Virus record (IMG/VR): IMGVR_UViG_3300044633_000115
Coordinates: 1,728 to 65,727 of that record
Source: a virus
Taxonomy: Duplodnaviria; Caudoviricetes
Reading direction: 5' to 3' (one strand)
DNA: 64,000 nucleotides
Shown here: positions 28,702 through 39,200 of the stretch, piece after piece
Layout: every line of letters begins with the position of its first letter
Numbering within the stretch: the first letter of the stretch is position 1
The notes under the pieces: generated by a model
What the model saw: the letters and a program-made list of their open reading frames with translations, nothing else
What the model was told of the DNA's origin: nothing
Database searches by the model: none
Made by a program: the position numbers and the translations under genes

Positions 28702-30252
28702 ATGAGCCTACACAACGCCGCTAAACATATAGCCGCCCACGGTCGTGGCGAAGATACAGTACTCGTACACATGACCCCCAACGAGGTTTCTGGTCTGCAA
28801 GCCGTAGCCAAAGCGCACGGTGGCTCGTTGACAATTAACCCACATACAGGGTTGGCTGAAGCGGGCTTTTTAAACGCTATGCTTCCAATGATTCTTGGCG
28901 CTGGCCTTGCCGCCGCTACTGGCGGGTCTTCGCTACTTATTGGTGCGGGTATTGGTGGGCTTCAAGCCGCCCGTACTGGCAGTTTAAAGCAAGGTCTTAT
29001 GGCGGGTCTTGGCGCGTATGGTGGCGCAGGATTGGCTAGTTCGCTTGGTGCGGCGGGGGCGTCTTCGTTGCCAACTTCAGCCATAGCCGCTCCCCCTGCC
29101 CCAGTAATCCCAAGTGGTGTTCCAAACTTTGGCCCAGCTTTTACAGACGCACAGGCGTTTAACCCCGAACTTTTTAAACCTGCGGTAGTAGCGGGGGCTA
29201 CGGGGACTGCGGGGACTGCGGCTGGAACAACGCCACCAACAACGCCAACGCCTTCGGCAATACCGGGCGGTACCACCGCTGAAAACTTCCGATGGGACCC
29301 CATAACAAAAACAAATGTTCCTATAACCACACCTACTCCAACGGCAACGCCGATGGCAATTCCAGAGGTAACTCCAGTAGCGGCCTCAACACCAACACCA
29401 ACCCCAAAAACTTTTGCCGAACTTTCTCCTTCAGACCGCCTTACGGCTATAAAAGAAGGCGCATCTGCGGATAACATTACAGACTGGGCTACAAAAAACA
29501 AATATACAGCCGCTGGAACCGCTGGAAGCGTCGCTCTAGGTATGCAAGAAGAACCCAAGGCTCCAGACCCCGCCGACCCCGGCATGATTCGCCCATACAC
29601 ATTTGAGCGCACCAAGAATGCCGATGCGTTCCAAGATATGCCTGCTAGCGGTTATGCGCCATTAAGTTCTAGAGAACGCAACTATTTCACTGACCAGTAC
29701 ACGGCACAGACTCCATACAAAGCGCCCGGCCCTGAGTACATGGCGGCTGGTGGTCCAGTAGAGACAATGTCTAACAACGCGGCTATGGGTGCAAACACTA
29801 TGTATCCGATGGCTAACATGGCAACGTCATCTTTTGCTACGCCTTACCAATCTCCTGTATCTACTAATATGCTTGCGCCTACCAGCGACAGCGGTGTGAC
29901 CATGAACGGCGAACCTAGTATGCAAGGTACCCGCATGGCTGGTGGTGGGCAAGTTCCACAGTATGGTCTTGGTGGTGCGTTGGGTAGCTACTCAGATGGT
30001 GGGCGTATGCTCAAGGGGCCGGGTGACGGCATGTCTGACAACATCCCAGCAGTCATTGGTAAAAAACAACCTGCACGATTGGCAGATGGTGAGTTTGTAG
30101 TCCCAGCAGATGTGGTGTCACATCTAGGCAATGGCTCTACTGATGCGGGTGCCAAACAGTTGTACGCCATGATGGACAAGATTCGTGCCGCACGTACGGG
30201 TACAAAGAAACAGGGAAAGCAAATCAACCCCCGTAAATACATGCCAGCATGA
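28702..30252 (+). CDS. Internal virion/ejection protein
   Basis: GR.EDT.LVHM.P.E, TINP.TGL.EA, Gly/Ala hydrophobic segment, GPGDGMSD.IPA...ARLADGEFV.PADVV. Confidence 0.7.
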   Translation: MSLHNAAKHIAAHGRGEDTVLVHMTPNEVSGLQAVAKAHGGSLTINPHTGLAEAGFLNAMLPMILGAGLAAATGGSSLLIGAGIGGLQAARTGSLKQGLMAGLGAYGGAGLASSLGAAGASSLPTSAIAAPPAPVIPSGVPNFGPAFTDAQAFNPELFKPAVVAGATGTAGTAAGTTPPTTPTPSAIPGGTTAENFRWDPITKTNVPITTPTPTATPMAIPEVTPVAASTPTPTPKTFAELSPSDRLTAIKEGASADNITDWATKNKYTAAGTAGSVALGMQEEPKAPDPADPGMIRPYTFERTKNADAFQDMPASGYAPLSSRERNYFTDQYTAQTPYKAPGPEYMAAGGPVETMSNNAAMGANTMYPMANMATSSFATPYQSPVSTNMLAPTSDSGVTMNGEPSMQGTRMAGGGQVPQYGLGGALGSYSDGGRMLKGPGDGMSDNIPAVIGKKQPARLADGEFVVPADVVSHLGNGSTDAGAKQLYAMMDKIRAARTGTKKQGKQINPRKYMPA

Positions 30253-30710
30253 CGTACGCTTTCACCGTAGAACGCTTCTCTGACACATACAGTGAACTCG
30301 AATCGCTGTACAGGCAACACTACGGGGAAATGGTCGATAGGCTGGCTGGGCAGGGGGTTGAGTACTCGCCCTATAACCCACGGCTTGATGAGTACGTCAA
30401 GGCAGGTGATGGGGGTTGGTTGCTGACATTTGTTTTGCGTTGTGAGGGAGTTGCTTGTGGGTATGCAAATGTGTATATCACCAACGACATGCACAACGGG
30501 GATTTGATTTCGCAGGAAGACACGCTTTTTGTACTAAAAGAACACCGCAACGGGGTCGGCAAAAAGCTTGTTCAGTTTGTACTCCAAGAGCTAAAATCTC
30601 GTGGCGTAAAGCGTTTGATAGTGTCGGCAATGACCGACTTGCGCGTTGCGAAACTTTGGGGCCGAATGGGTTTCAAAGAGGCTGCTACGCAGATGATTTA
30701 CGAATTTTAA
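30249..30710 (+). CDS. GNAT-family acetyltransferase
   Basis: LFVLKEHRNGVGKKL acetyl-CoA motif, LWGRMGF; lies among ejection genes like T7 gp13/P22 gp14. Confidence 0.8.
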   Translation: MTYAFTVERFSDTYSELESLYRQHYGEMVDRLAGQGVEYSPYNPRLDEYVKAGDGGWLLTFVLRCEGVACGYANVYITNDMHNGDLISQEDTLFVLKEHRNGVGKKLVQFVLQELKSRGVKRLIVSAMTDLRVAKLWGRMGFKEAATQMIYEF

Positions 30711-30719
30711 GGAACCGCT

Positions 30720-31697
30720 ATGTGCAGTCCATCACAACCTACGCAACCTACCAACACAACAAACACTACTACGTCTATTCCCGAATACGCTAGACCGTAT
30801 GTAGAGAAGATGTTGGGTCAGACAGAAGCGTTGTCAAAGACCCCATACCAAACGTATGACCGTGAACGTATTGCGGGGTTTTCCCCCCTGCAACAACAGG
30901 CTATGCAAGGTGCGGCAAACATGAACCCTGCCCAACAGTTATCTCAAGGTAGCGGGTTGGCGTATGGCGCGGGATTGGGCGGTGTAGGCATGGCAATGCA
31001 AGCCAACCCACAAAACTTCCAAAACCAAGTTGGTGGGTACATGAACCCGTACTTGCAGATGTCTTTGGCACCACAGTTAGCAGAAGCAAACCGCCAGTAC
31101 GACATCGGTGCTACTAAACAGCAAAGCGCGGCTACTCAGGCTGGTGCGTTTGGTGGGTCACGCGAAGCAATCATGGCGGCTGAGAACGAACGTAACCGCA
31201 ACATGGGGCTAAACAGCATCATTGGTCAAGGCTACAACACAGCCTTTGGCAACGCGCAGAACCAGTACAACCAATCACAGCAACAAGCCCTACAAGGGTT
31301 GGGTATGGCAAATACTGCGGCTGGCACTTTGGGTCAGTTAGGTCAGACTCAGTATGGTCAGCAGATGGGTATCAATCAACTGCAAAACCAGTATGGTGGT
31401 CAACAGCAGGCGCAAGAACAAAACATCTTGGGTCAGCAGTACCAAGACTTCCAAAACCAAGTCAACTATCCGTACAAGCAGTTGGGCTTCATGTCTGACA
31501 TGCTTCGGGGTTTACCCTTATCGCAAGGTGCGTCTACGATGTACCAAGCGCAACCCTCTATGGCGTCACAGGCTGTTGGCCTTGGCTTGCTAGGTAAGGG
31601 TGTGGGTGCGTTTGCCGAGGGTGGCGAAGTTGAACAAGAAGATTACGCTGGCTTGCCAGCAGGTGCGTTACAACGCGTCATGGGAGGAATGGCATGA
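30720..31697 (+). CDS. DNA ejection (pilot) protein
   Basis: Q/G/A/M-rich; IPEYARPY, YMNPY, AGAFGGSR, YPYKQL. Confidence 0.7.
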   Translation: MCSPSQPTQPTNTTNTTTSIPEYARPYVEKMLGQTEALSKTPYQTYDRERIAGFSPLQQQAMQGAANMNPAQQLSQGSGLAYGAGLGGVGMAMQANPQNFQNQVGGYMNPYLQMSLAPQLAEANRQYDIGATKQQSAATQAGAFGGSREAIMAAENERNRNMGLNSIIGQGYNTAFGNAQNQYNQSQQQALQGLGMANTAAGTLGQLGQTQYGQQMGINQLQNQYGGQQQAQEQNILGQQYQDFQNQVNYPYKQLGFMSDMLRGLPLSQGASTMYQAQPSMASQAVGLGLLGKGVGAFAEGGEVEQEDYAGLPAGALQRVMGGMA

Positions 31698-33253
31698 TTA
31701 GTCAATCGTTAGCACACATGGATATTGCCGCCTTACAGAAGGCGGTGCTGGGTATGAACCCTGCGATTAAGCCATATGCCGCGCTTGCCGCGTTGCAAGA
31801 GAAGGTTAAGTCTGAGCAGATGAAACAAGGTCAAGCGATGCAGAACCCTGCACAGCCACCCGTAGCACAGCAGATGATGGCGCAAGCCCAGCAGTTAACC
31901 CCCGCCCAAATTGGCAATCCGTATATGTCGTCTGGTCTGGGTGCCGCACCTGTGCAGTCTCCTGTACAAGCACCCGCTACTGGCATGGCATCAGGTGGCA
32001 TCGTTGCGTTTGATGAGGGTGGAGAAGTTCCACGCTTCCAAGTTGGCGGTGCTATGACAGAGAGAGAAAGAGAAAGAGAAAGGGCAATTGCAAGAGAACA
32101 AGCACAGGAAGCCCGTGATGCTTTCCTAAATAGATTTGGTAGCTTTGGTGCGTCTGCAAGAGATATGTTTTCAAATGCATTTCCCGGTCGTAAAGCGGTG
32201 CAAGAAAGGGACCCTGCGTTTTTACAGAGAGATGCGGTACGTGACCGTGGTGTTGACCCACAATCATATGACCCCGCAATGTTTTCCAACGTAAATGCCC
32301 CTGTTGCCCCTGCGCCAGAGACTACTTCACAAGTTGCCCCAGAAGCGCCTAAAGATAAAAAAGAAGTTGCTTCTACCAAAAAAACTGCCCCTACCAAAAA
32401 AGAAGACCCTGTAGGTATTGCACAAGCCGTCACGGACGCAGACCGCTATAAAGTAAAACCACAGTACGGCACTATCGAAGAGTTTATGACGGCACGTAAA
32501 GCCGCTGAAACAAGTGCAGGTACGTTACCAGACGACGAATTCACCAAACTTCAACGCGAAAACCTTACTAAACGTGAAGCACGCTTGGCTAAGACAGAAG
32601 AAAAAGGTAATCAACTAGCTTACCTACAAGCCGCAGGGCATTTCTTCGGTCCGGGCAATCTGTTGCAAAACGCACAACGTGGGTTGCCTGCCTTTGCTGA
32701 AGCCAAGATAAGAGGTAACGCCGCACTAGAAGCCGCGCAAGAAAAAGTTATAGATGCACAAGACGCCTACGCACGCTACAACCAAGCACGCCAAGACGGT
32801 CACAAGAAAGATGCACGCGACGCATTTGGGCAATACAAAACATATAGCAACGAAGCTGAGAGATTAAGACTTACAGGCATACAACTAGCTGACACCGCTA
32901 AGTATCAACAAGCGCAGGCGGTCAACGCCTCGCGTATGGCTGATGCCGCTATGGTTGGTGCAAAAAATCGTGGGATTATGGGTGGCTATGGCGCGGATAA
33001 ACAACGATTAGCTGAATTAAAACTTTTACAAACTGGGCTTAGTAAAGAATTAGCCGATATGGGTGCGGGGGCGATGCTTCCAGCAAATCAAAACGCAGTT
33101 GCTGAACTCCGTAGAAAAATAAACTTAATCAATACTCAAATAGCCGCAATGTCGGATGTAGACCTTACAATGCCAGCACCCCCCAGTCCCGGTGCTGGCG
33201 GTGCAAACCTACCACCTTTAAGTTCTGTAGCAAATCAGTTCTATACCAAATAA
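31694..33253 (+). CDS. DNA ejection protein
   Basis: Q/A-rich, GMASGGIVAFDEGG, coiled coils; precedes the giant gene. Confidence 0.65.
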   Translation: MISQSLAHMDIAALQKAVLGMNPAIKPYAALAALQEKVKSEQMKQGQAMQNPAQPPVAQQMMAQAQQLTPAQIGNPYMSSGLGAAPVQSPVQAPATGMASGGIVAFDEGGEVPRFQVGGAMTERERERERAIAREQAQEARDAFLNRFGSFGASARDMFSNAFPGRKAVQERDPAFLQRDAVRDRGVDPQSYDPAMFSNVNAPVAPAPETTSQVAPEAPKDKKEVASTKKTAPTKKEDPVGIAQAVTDADRYKVKPQYGTIEEFMTARKAAETSAGTLPDDEFTKLQRENLTKREARLAKTEEKGNQLAYLQAAGHFFGPGNLLQNAQRGLPAFAEAKIRGNAALEAAQEKVIDAQDAYARYNQARQDGHKKDARDAFGQYKTYSNEAERLRLTGIQLADTAKYQQAQAVNASRMADAAMVGAKNRGIMGGYGADKQRLAELKLLQTGLSKELADMGAGAMLPANQNAVAELRRKINLINTQIAAMSDVDLTMPAPPSPGAGGANLPPLSSVANQFYTK

Positions 33254-33257
33254 TGAT

Positions 33258-36200
33258 ATGGCAACCTTCAACGCTGAAGCAGCATTAAAAGCCGGATACA
33301 CAGAACTCCAAATTGCAGAGTTCTTAGGACAACAAAATAAATTTAATACTGCGGCGGCGTTGCAAGCGGGGTATGCCCCTGCTGACATCATTAAAGAATT
33401 AAGTGGGCCACCACCTACTACCTTTGGTGGGCAAACAAAAGAATTTTTCAAAGGTATCCCATCTGGGGCAGTTAACCTTCTTGAAAGTGCGGCTACTGGT
33501 GCGTCTGCATTGTTGCCAGAGGAGATGGAGAAGTCTGCACGCAAGACTATCTCTGAAACTGCCGCCGCCGCTAAGAAGCCATTTGAAGCCGCTAGAGGTT
33601 ACGAAGAAACAATCCCCCGTAAATTAGGTGAAGCGTTTGGTTCTACTGCACCTTTCTTTGCGCTTGGCCCCGCAGGGTTGGCGGGGCGTATTGGTGCTAC
33701 AGGTTTGGGTGTAGGTGCTGGTGCAGGTGAAGCCCGTACCCGCGCAGAACAAGAAGGTGCAACAGGTGGACAGCGTGCGGGGGCTACTGCTCTTGGTGCT
33801 GTAGTAGGTGTAACAGAAATGTTACCCGTGTTTCGCTTTATAGATAACTTAGCCAGCCCAATTAAAAAAGGCATCATGGGTACGCTTACCCGCGCCGCCG
33901 CTACGGGTGGTGCAGAAGGTTTGCAAGAAGCCGCCGCACAAATAGCGCAAAATTTAATTGCCAAAGGCGTTTACAAACCTGACCAAGCCATCATTGAGCA
34001 AGTAGGTGAATCTGCCGCTTACGGCACAGCAACAGGCGCATTGGTTCAAGTTCTTACAGATATGGCATTGGGTCGCCGTGCTGGACAAGGAAGTTCTACA
34101 CCTGCTGGTAAGCCTACAGACATAGAAGCCGAACAGCAAGCCAAACGCCTTGCAGTAGCGCAAGAGCAGATGGGTGTTAAGCAAGGGCGTGAAGCCCGTG
34201 CTGGTGAGAAGCTACTTAATGCTGAAGAGCGAGAAGCCGCTAAAGCAGAAACCCTTGCACAGAAAGAACGCCTTGCTGAGATGGACCGCCTCAATGCAGA
34301 GGCACGCGCACAACGCGAAGCCGACTTAAAGGCGGCGTTCCCAACCGACTATGCGGATGTGATGCAACGCACAGACAACTACGTTGAACTGAGCAAAGAG
34401 TTAGATGCAATTAGCGGTTCTCAAACCAAAGAAGCCAAAGCACGCCGTGGGCAAATCCAAGCGCGGATGCAACAGATTGTTGAAGAAGATACCCGCGTAC
34501 CTCGCGAGTTAAAGCGCATTCAAGACGACCAAGAACGCTTGGCTAAACAGGCTGGGTTTCCAGCGAAGAAGTCTGCCGCCGCATTTGAAGCCGCGCCCCC
34601 GCAGATGGAGATGCGCGAAGCGATGCTTGAGCCGGGGCAAGAGTTGCCACCACAGCGTGACTTGCAAGGAAACATCATTACACCAGAGGCACCCGTAGCG
34701 GAGCCTACTAAGCGTTTCCCCACATTTAAAAACGAAGTTGACGCACGGCGTGGCATGCAACGTGGTGAGGCGGCACTAGCCAAAGAAGCCACAGCCCTAC
34801 GCAAAGAACAAGAAGCCGCTGGTCAGATGACGCTTGCGCCACGCGTTGAGCCAAAAGTAACAGAGCAGCCAGTTACCCCCGAGCCTACGCTGGTGCAAAA
34901 GCCAGAACCCCTTACACCTACAACTGTACCTACTACCGTCACACCTGATGTGCTGGGTGCTTTGGGTATTGGTCGCACGGCAATTATCCGTAAGCCTGAC
35001 CACGGCATTATGGGTAAAGATATTGCTGACCCTGCACAAGCCGCCGAAGTTAAGTCAATCCTCGAAGCCTATCGCCAAGGCCGTAGCGCACCCATACAAG
35101 AAAAGATAGATGCATACCTTGCACGTCCAGAATTCCAAGCCGTTGCGCCTGCCCAAGAAATTACAAAAGGAGAGACAAATGCTAGACAAACTGAGCCATC
35201 CGCAGTTGGAGACGGCGTTCAAGTACCTGACCAAACCGGTGAAGGAAAGCCCGCCAGACGAACTCTCACAGTTAAACGAAATGGAATGGTTTCTCCTAAG
35301 CCGGATGTTGGACAGCCTATTGTCAGAGAAGCTGAACAGTCCGCTCCAGTAGAAGAAGTACAACCACAGATAGAAGAAGTACAACCACAGGTAGAAGAAG
35401 TACAACCACAGGTAGAAGAAGTACAACCCCCAGCACCCCCTGCCGAGCCTAAGAAGCAGATGGGCATGTTTGACCAGTTGGTACAGCCAGACACTACTAA
35501 AAAAAGTAAAGGCAAGAAAGCCGCGCCTGTCGAAGAGGAAGCCCCTGCCGTAGAAGAAGTTAAGTTTGACCCGTGGGACCCAAAGAACTACAAAGGTCTG
35601 GCGCAAGAGATTGAAAAAGAATCTACACGTAGCAAAGAAGAAGCCGCGCAAGATTTAATTGACGAGAAGAAGGCTGACCGCGAAAGCAAGAAATCCATAA
35701 AGGTCAAGTCTAAGCCTATACAAGAAGCTGTAGAAGAAGAATCAACAGCAGAGAAAGATGTACGTGCAGAGGCTACTACTGCCGCTGTTAAGACCCTGAC
35801 GGGTGCTGACAAGATGGTGCTGGCAAAGCACTACAAGCAACCCAAGTTCAATAAGGTTGCTGAGACATCATTCGTTGACGACACCATCAAGGCTATTAAC
35901 GAAGGTATTGAGTCTGTCTCTAAGGCAATCCACAAGTATGTACGCAAGGCCATGTCTGGCATGCTGTCTGTGGCTTTGGTTATCAACCCAGCGTTTATGG
36001 GTTTGCCAGAAGCGGCGATTATCTCTAGCCCCGCTACCTATACGGTAGAGCAAGCGGTCAAAGCCACCATACCCGCAGAAGCCGCGAAGCTGATGTCGCC
36101 TGCCGCAAAGACTGCGTACGAAACAATACTGCCTGCTATCAAAGCAGACCTACAAGCACGCGATAAGTTATTCATCATCAACGACAAACCCTCGGCACGG

Positions 36201-39200
36201 ACATTCTTGTTCACCCCTGACGGGCAGTTGTTGATGCAGTCCAAGACCCTGCAAGGGGTTGGCGTGGGAGACTTGTACAAGGGTAACAACGACATTGTTG
36301 CAAACCGCGTCACACCTGCTGGTCTGTTTAATATTGAGCAACGCGTTGGTGGTAAGACTGCTGGCGAGTACGACTTTGGTAAGGTGTTTGGTATCAATGA
36401 CACCGAAGCGTTTATCACCATCATGCACTCGGTCTGGACAAAAGAAGCCGATGCACCGCAACGACTGAAAGCGCTTAACAACGACTCGGCGGCAGACTCT
36501 CGCTATTCGTTTGGCTGTATCAATGTGCCGACTGCTACGTTCAAGCAGATGCTTGAGAAGCACGAAAACCAGATGAACGGCGCAAAGATGTTCATCGTGC
36601 CTGATAACCAAGCACGGGTAAAAGACTTTATCAGCGGCGACATTGCCAAGAACACAGTACGCGAAGACAAACTCTTACGCCAATCAGTTGAGCCTGTAAC
36701 TGAGAAAGTTACCAAGACTACATCAGGCGCTGGCAATGTACAGGCTGGAGTTGACCGCACACTGTATGGCAAGCCAGAAGAAAGATTCTCTAGACAAGAG
36801 GTCATGCAAGGTCAAACCGTACAAGAGTTGACTGACGAAATTGCAAAAGGTAAGGGCATCCTTGCGAATGCTTTACGCCGTATGGTGCAGTCTGGCAAAG
36901 TAAGACTTGAAGAAAAGCATCCTAGTGGCGAAAAAATTGGTGGCTATTTTGATGGCAAGACAATCACGCTATACGCTGACGGCATCCCATCAGGTGACGC
37001 AATGGCGGTTGCCCTACACGAAGTAGGCGCTCACTTAGGGCTAAAGAATTTACTGGGTGTACAGCAATACAACAACATCATTAAGCGTATTCAAGCGATG
37101 GCTACTAGCAAAGAAGCTAGTCCAGCCCGTGCCCTTGCACAGCGTGCGTTGTCACGCATCCAGCAAGAAGACATTGTGCGTGGCGATGAAGTTATTGGTG
37201 ATGAGTCAGTTGCGTACTTCATCGAAGAACTTGCCAAAGCGCAAGCAAAAGGCGAACTGCAAACTGTTGGTCCAGCCCGCGCTTTATGGAATCAAATCAA
37301 AGCCGCTATCCAAGCAACTATCAATCGTGTGTTTGGCACTAACCTTGGCGTAGACGCTTTCACACCAGAACAGATTGGCTTACTGGCAAACGCCGCGTTT
37401 ACAAAAGAATCGTTTACTGCTCCCAAGGAAGGTACGGCTGACCTTGCGTCCCGCACCGAAGGATTTACGGACGCATTCCGCAAATGGTTTGGCAACAGCA
37501 AAGTAGTGGATGCTAAAGGCGCACCTCAAGTGGTTTATCACACTGGAAGATTTGATTCCAATGAAATCATTAGCGGCGCTGAAAAACATCGTCGTAGTGG
37601 GGCGACATATCCAATAGGTAATGAAGGAATTTATTTCACTGACAACCCAGAATACTCGGCAATGTATGGTCGCGGTGAAGGCCAGACAATGTACCCCGTT
37701 TATTTAAGTCTTCAAAATCCATTTGTTATTGAAGACCAAGCACAAATGTCGAAGCTTGAAAAACTTAAACAAGTTGTTTTAGGGAAAAAACAATTACCAC
37801 GCAATGAAACAAATACAAATCCACGCACGGATTCAATGTACATAACACCAGAGTACAAAGCAAAACTGATTGCAATGGGGTATGACGGAATAATCAATAA
37901 GCCATACACAGAAATTGTTGCTTTTGAACCGACACAAATAAAATCCGCCATAGGCAACCGAGGCACATACGATATAAACAACCCTGATATACGTTTCTCT
38001 AGGGCACAAGGGTTTACCCCACAAGACTACGATGAAGTAAATCGTATCGCTAATAGCTATGGCCCTGCCGCCGCCCCTGCGGTGGGCGGTTTGCTAAACG
38101 ACAGTTTAAAGGGAATGAATCGCGCCGCAGAAAGTTCTGGGCTATTTACCGCTTTCCGCCACAAGATAGTAGATAAATTGGCATCGGTGGAAGCTAAAGT
38201 ATCTAACAAGTTTTCTATGGGCGTACGGGATTTCTTTGGTAATTTGAACCCCATAGTCTTAGCGCGTCAGGCTGAAGACCACGGCAAAGTGTTTATGAGT
38301 TTTGCTGTTGATGGCGGCATCAAGTTCAACAAAGATGGTTTAGTACAAACTTTCAAACAGGATGCTTCAGTTGCGCAGGCGTTAAAAGATATACAGGCAT
38401 TTGGTCAAGATGCGGGCATGTCGTTTGACCAAGCCAAAGAGTATATATCTAGCATACTGGAAGGTCACCGCGCTTACGACATCCAAGAGAACCACAACAA
38501 GCCGTTAGAAGTATCTGCCGTTTTGCGAGAACAGCAAGGTAAAAACAAAGAGGCTGATGCCGAACGCGCTAAAAAGATTGATTTGCACCTGACTGCGGCT
38601 GACATTGCTTCGCTAGAAGCCAAGTACCAGAAGACCCCTGCAATAAAAGAAATACAAGATACGTTCAATAAGACCCGTATGCATACGATTGATTTGCTGG
38701 CGCAGTCAGGCCGTATCTCCAAAGAGCAGGCTGACGATTGGAAGGCTAACTCTGCGTACGTACCGTTTGACCGTGTATTTGAAGACCTTGGCGTTAACCT
38801 GTTGCCACGCGGTAAGGGTCTTGGTGTGATGACCAAGACGCCAGAGATTAAAGGTTCACTTGACCGCCGCGTTAAGAATGTTGTTGACTCCTATATGGGC
38901 ACACTTGGCTGGATGGTTGAAGAAGCCATGCGCCATAACGCTTCCGTCAAACTGCTAAACGAAATGGAGTTGTCAGGGTTTGCAGAAAAGCATCCGACAA
39001 TCAACGCCGCCAAAAACAAAGACTTGGTAGTTCGCCTGTACAAAGATGGTAAGCCTGTGTTTTATGAAGTGCAGAACGAATACGACATACTAGCGTTTAA
39101 GCAAGCACCCGAAATAAACAACTTTTTAGTAAATGGTTTAACGGCTACGTCCAAGATTCTGCGGGTCAGCGTTACCGCAATGCCACCGTTTGCCATCAAA

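Noticed and set aside
32058-32082. (GAGAAA)n purine run as a slippage or phase-variation site
   Set aside because: In-frame hexamer encoding ERERERER in a charged helix; unit changes would not shift the frame.
28962-35651. Long antisense ORFs (28962..29615, 31831..32433, 35055..35651)
   Set aside because: Shadows of low-complexity sense genes with no SD or recognisable motifs.
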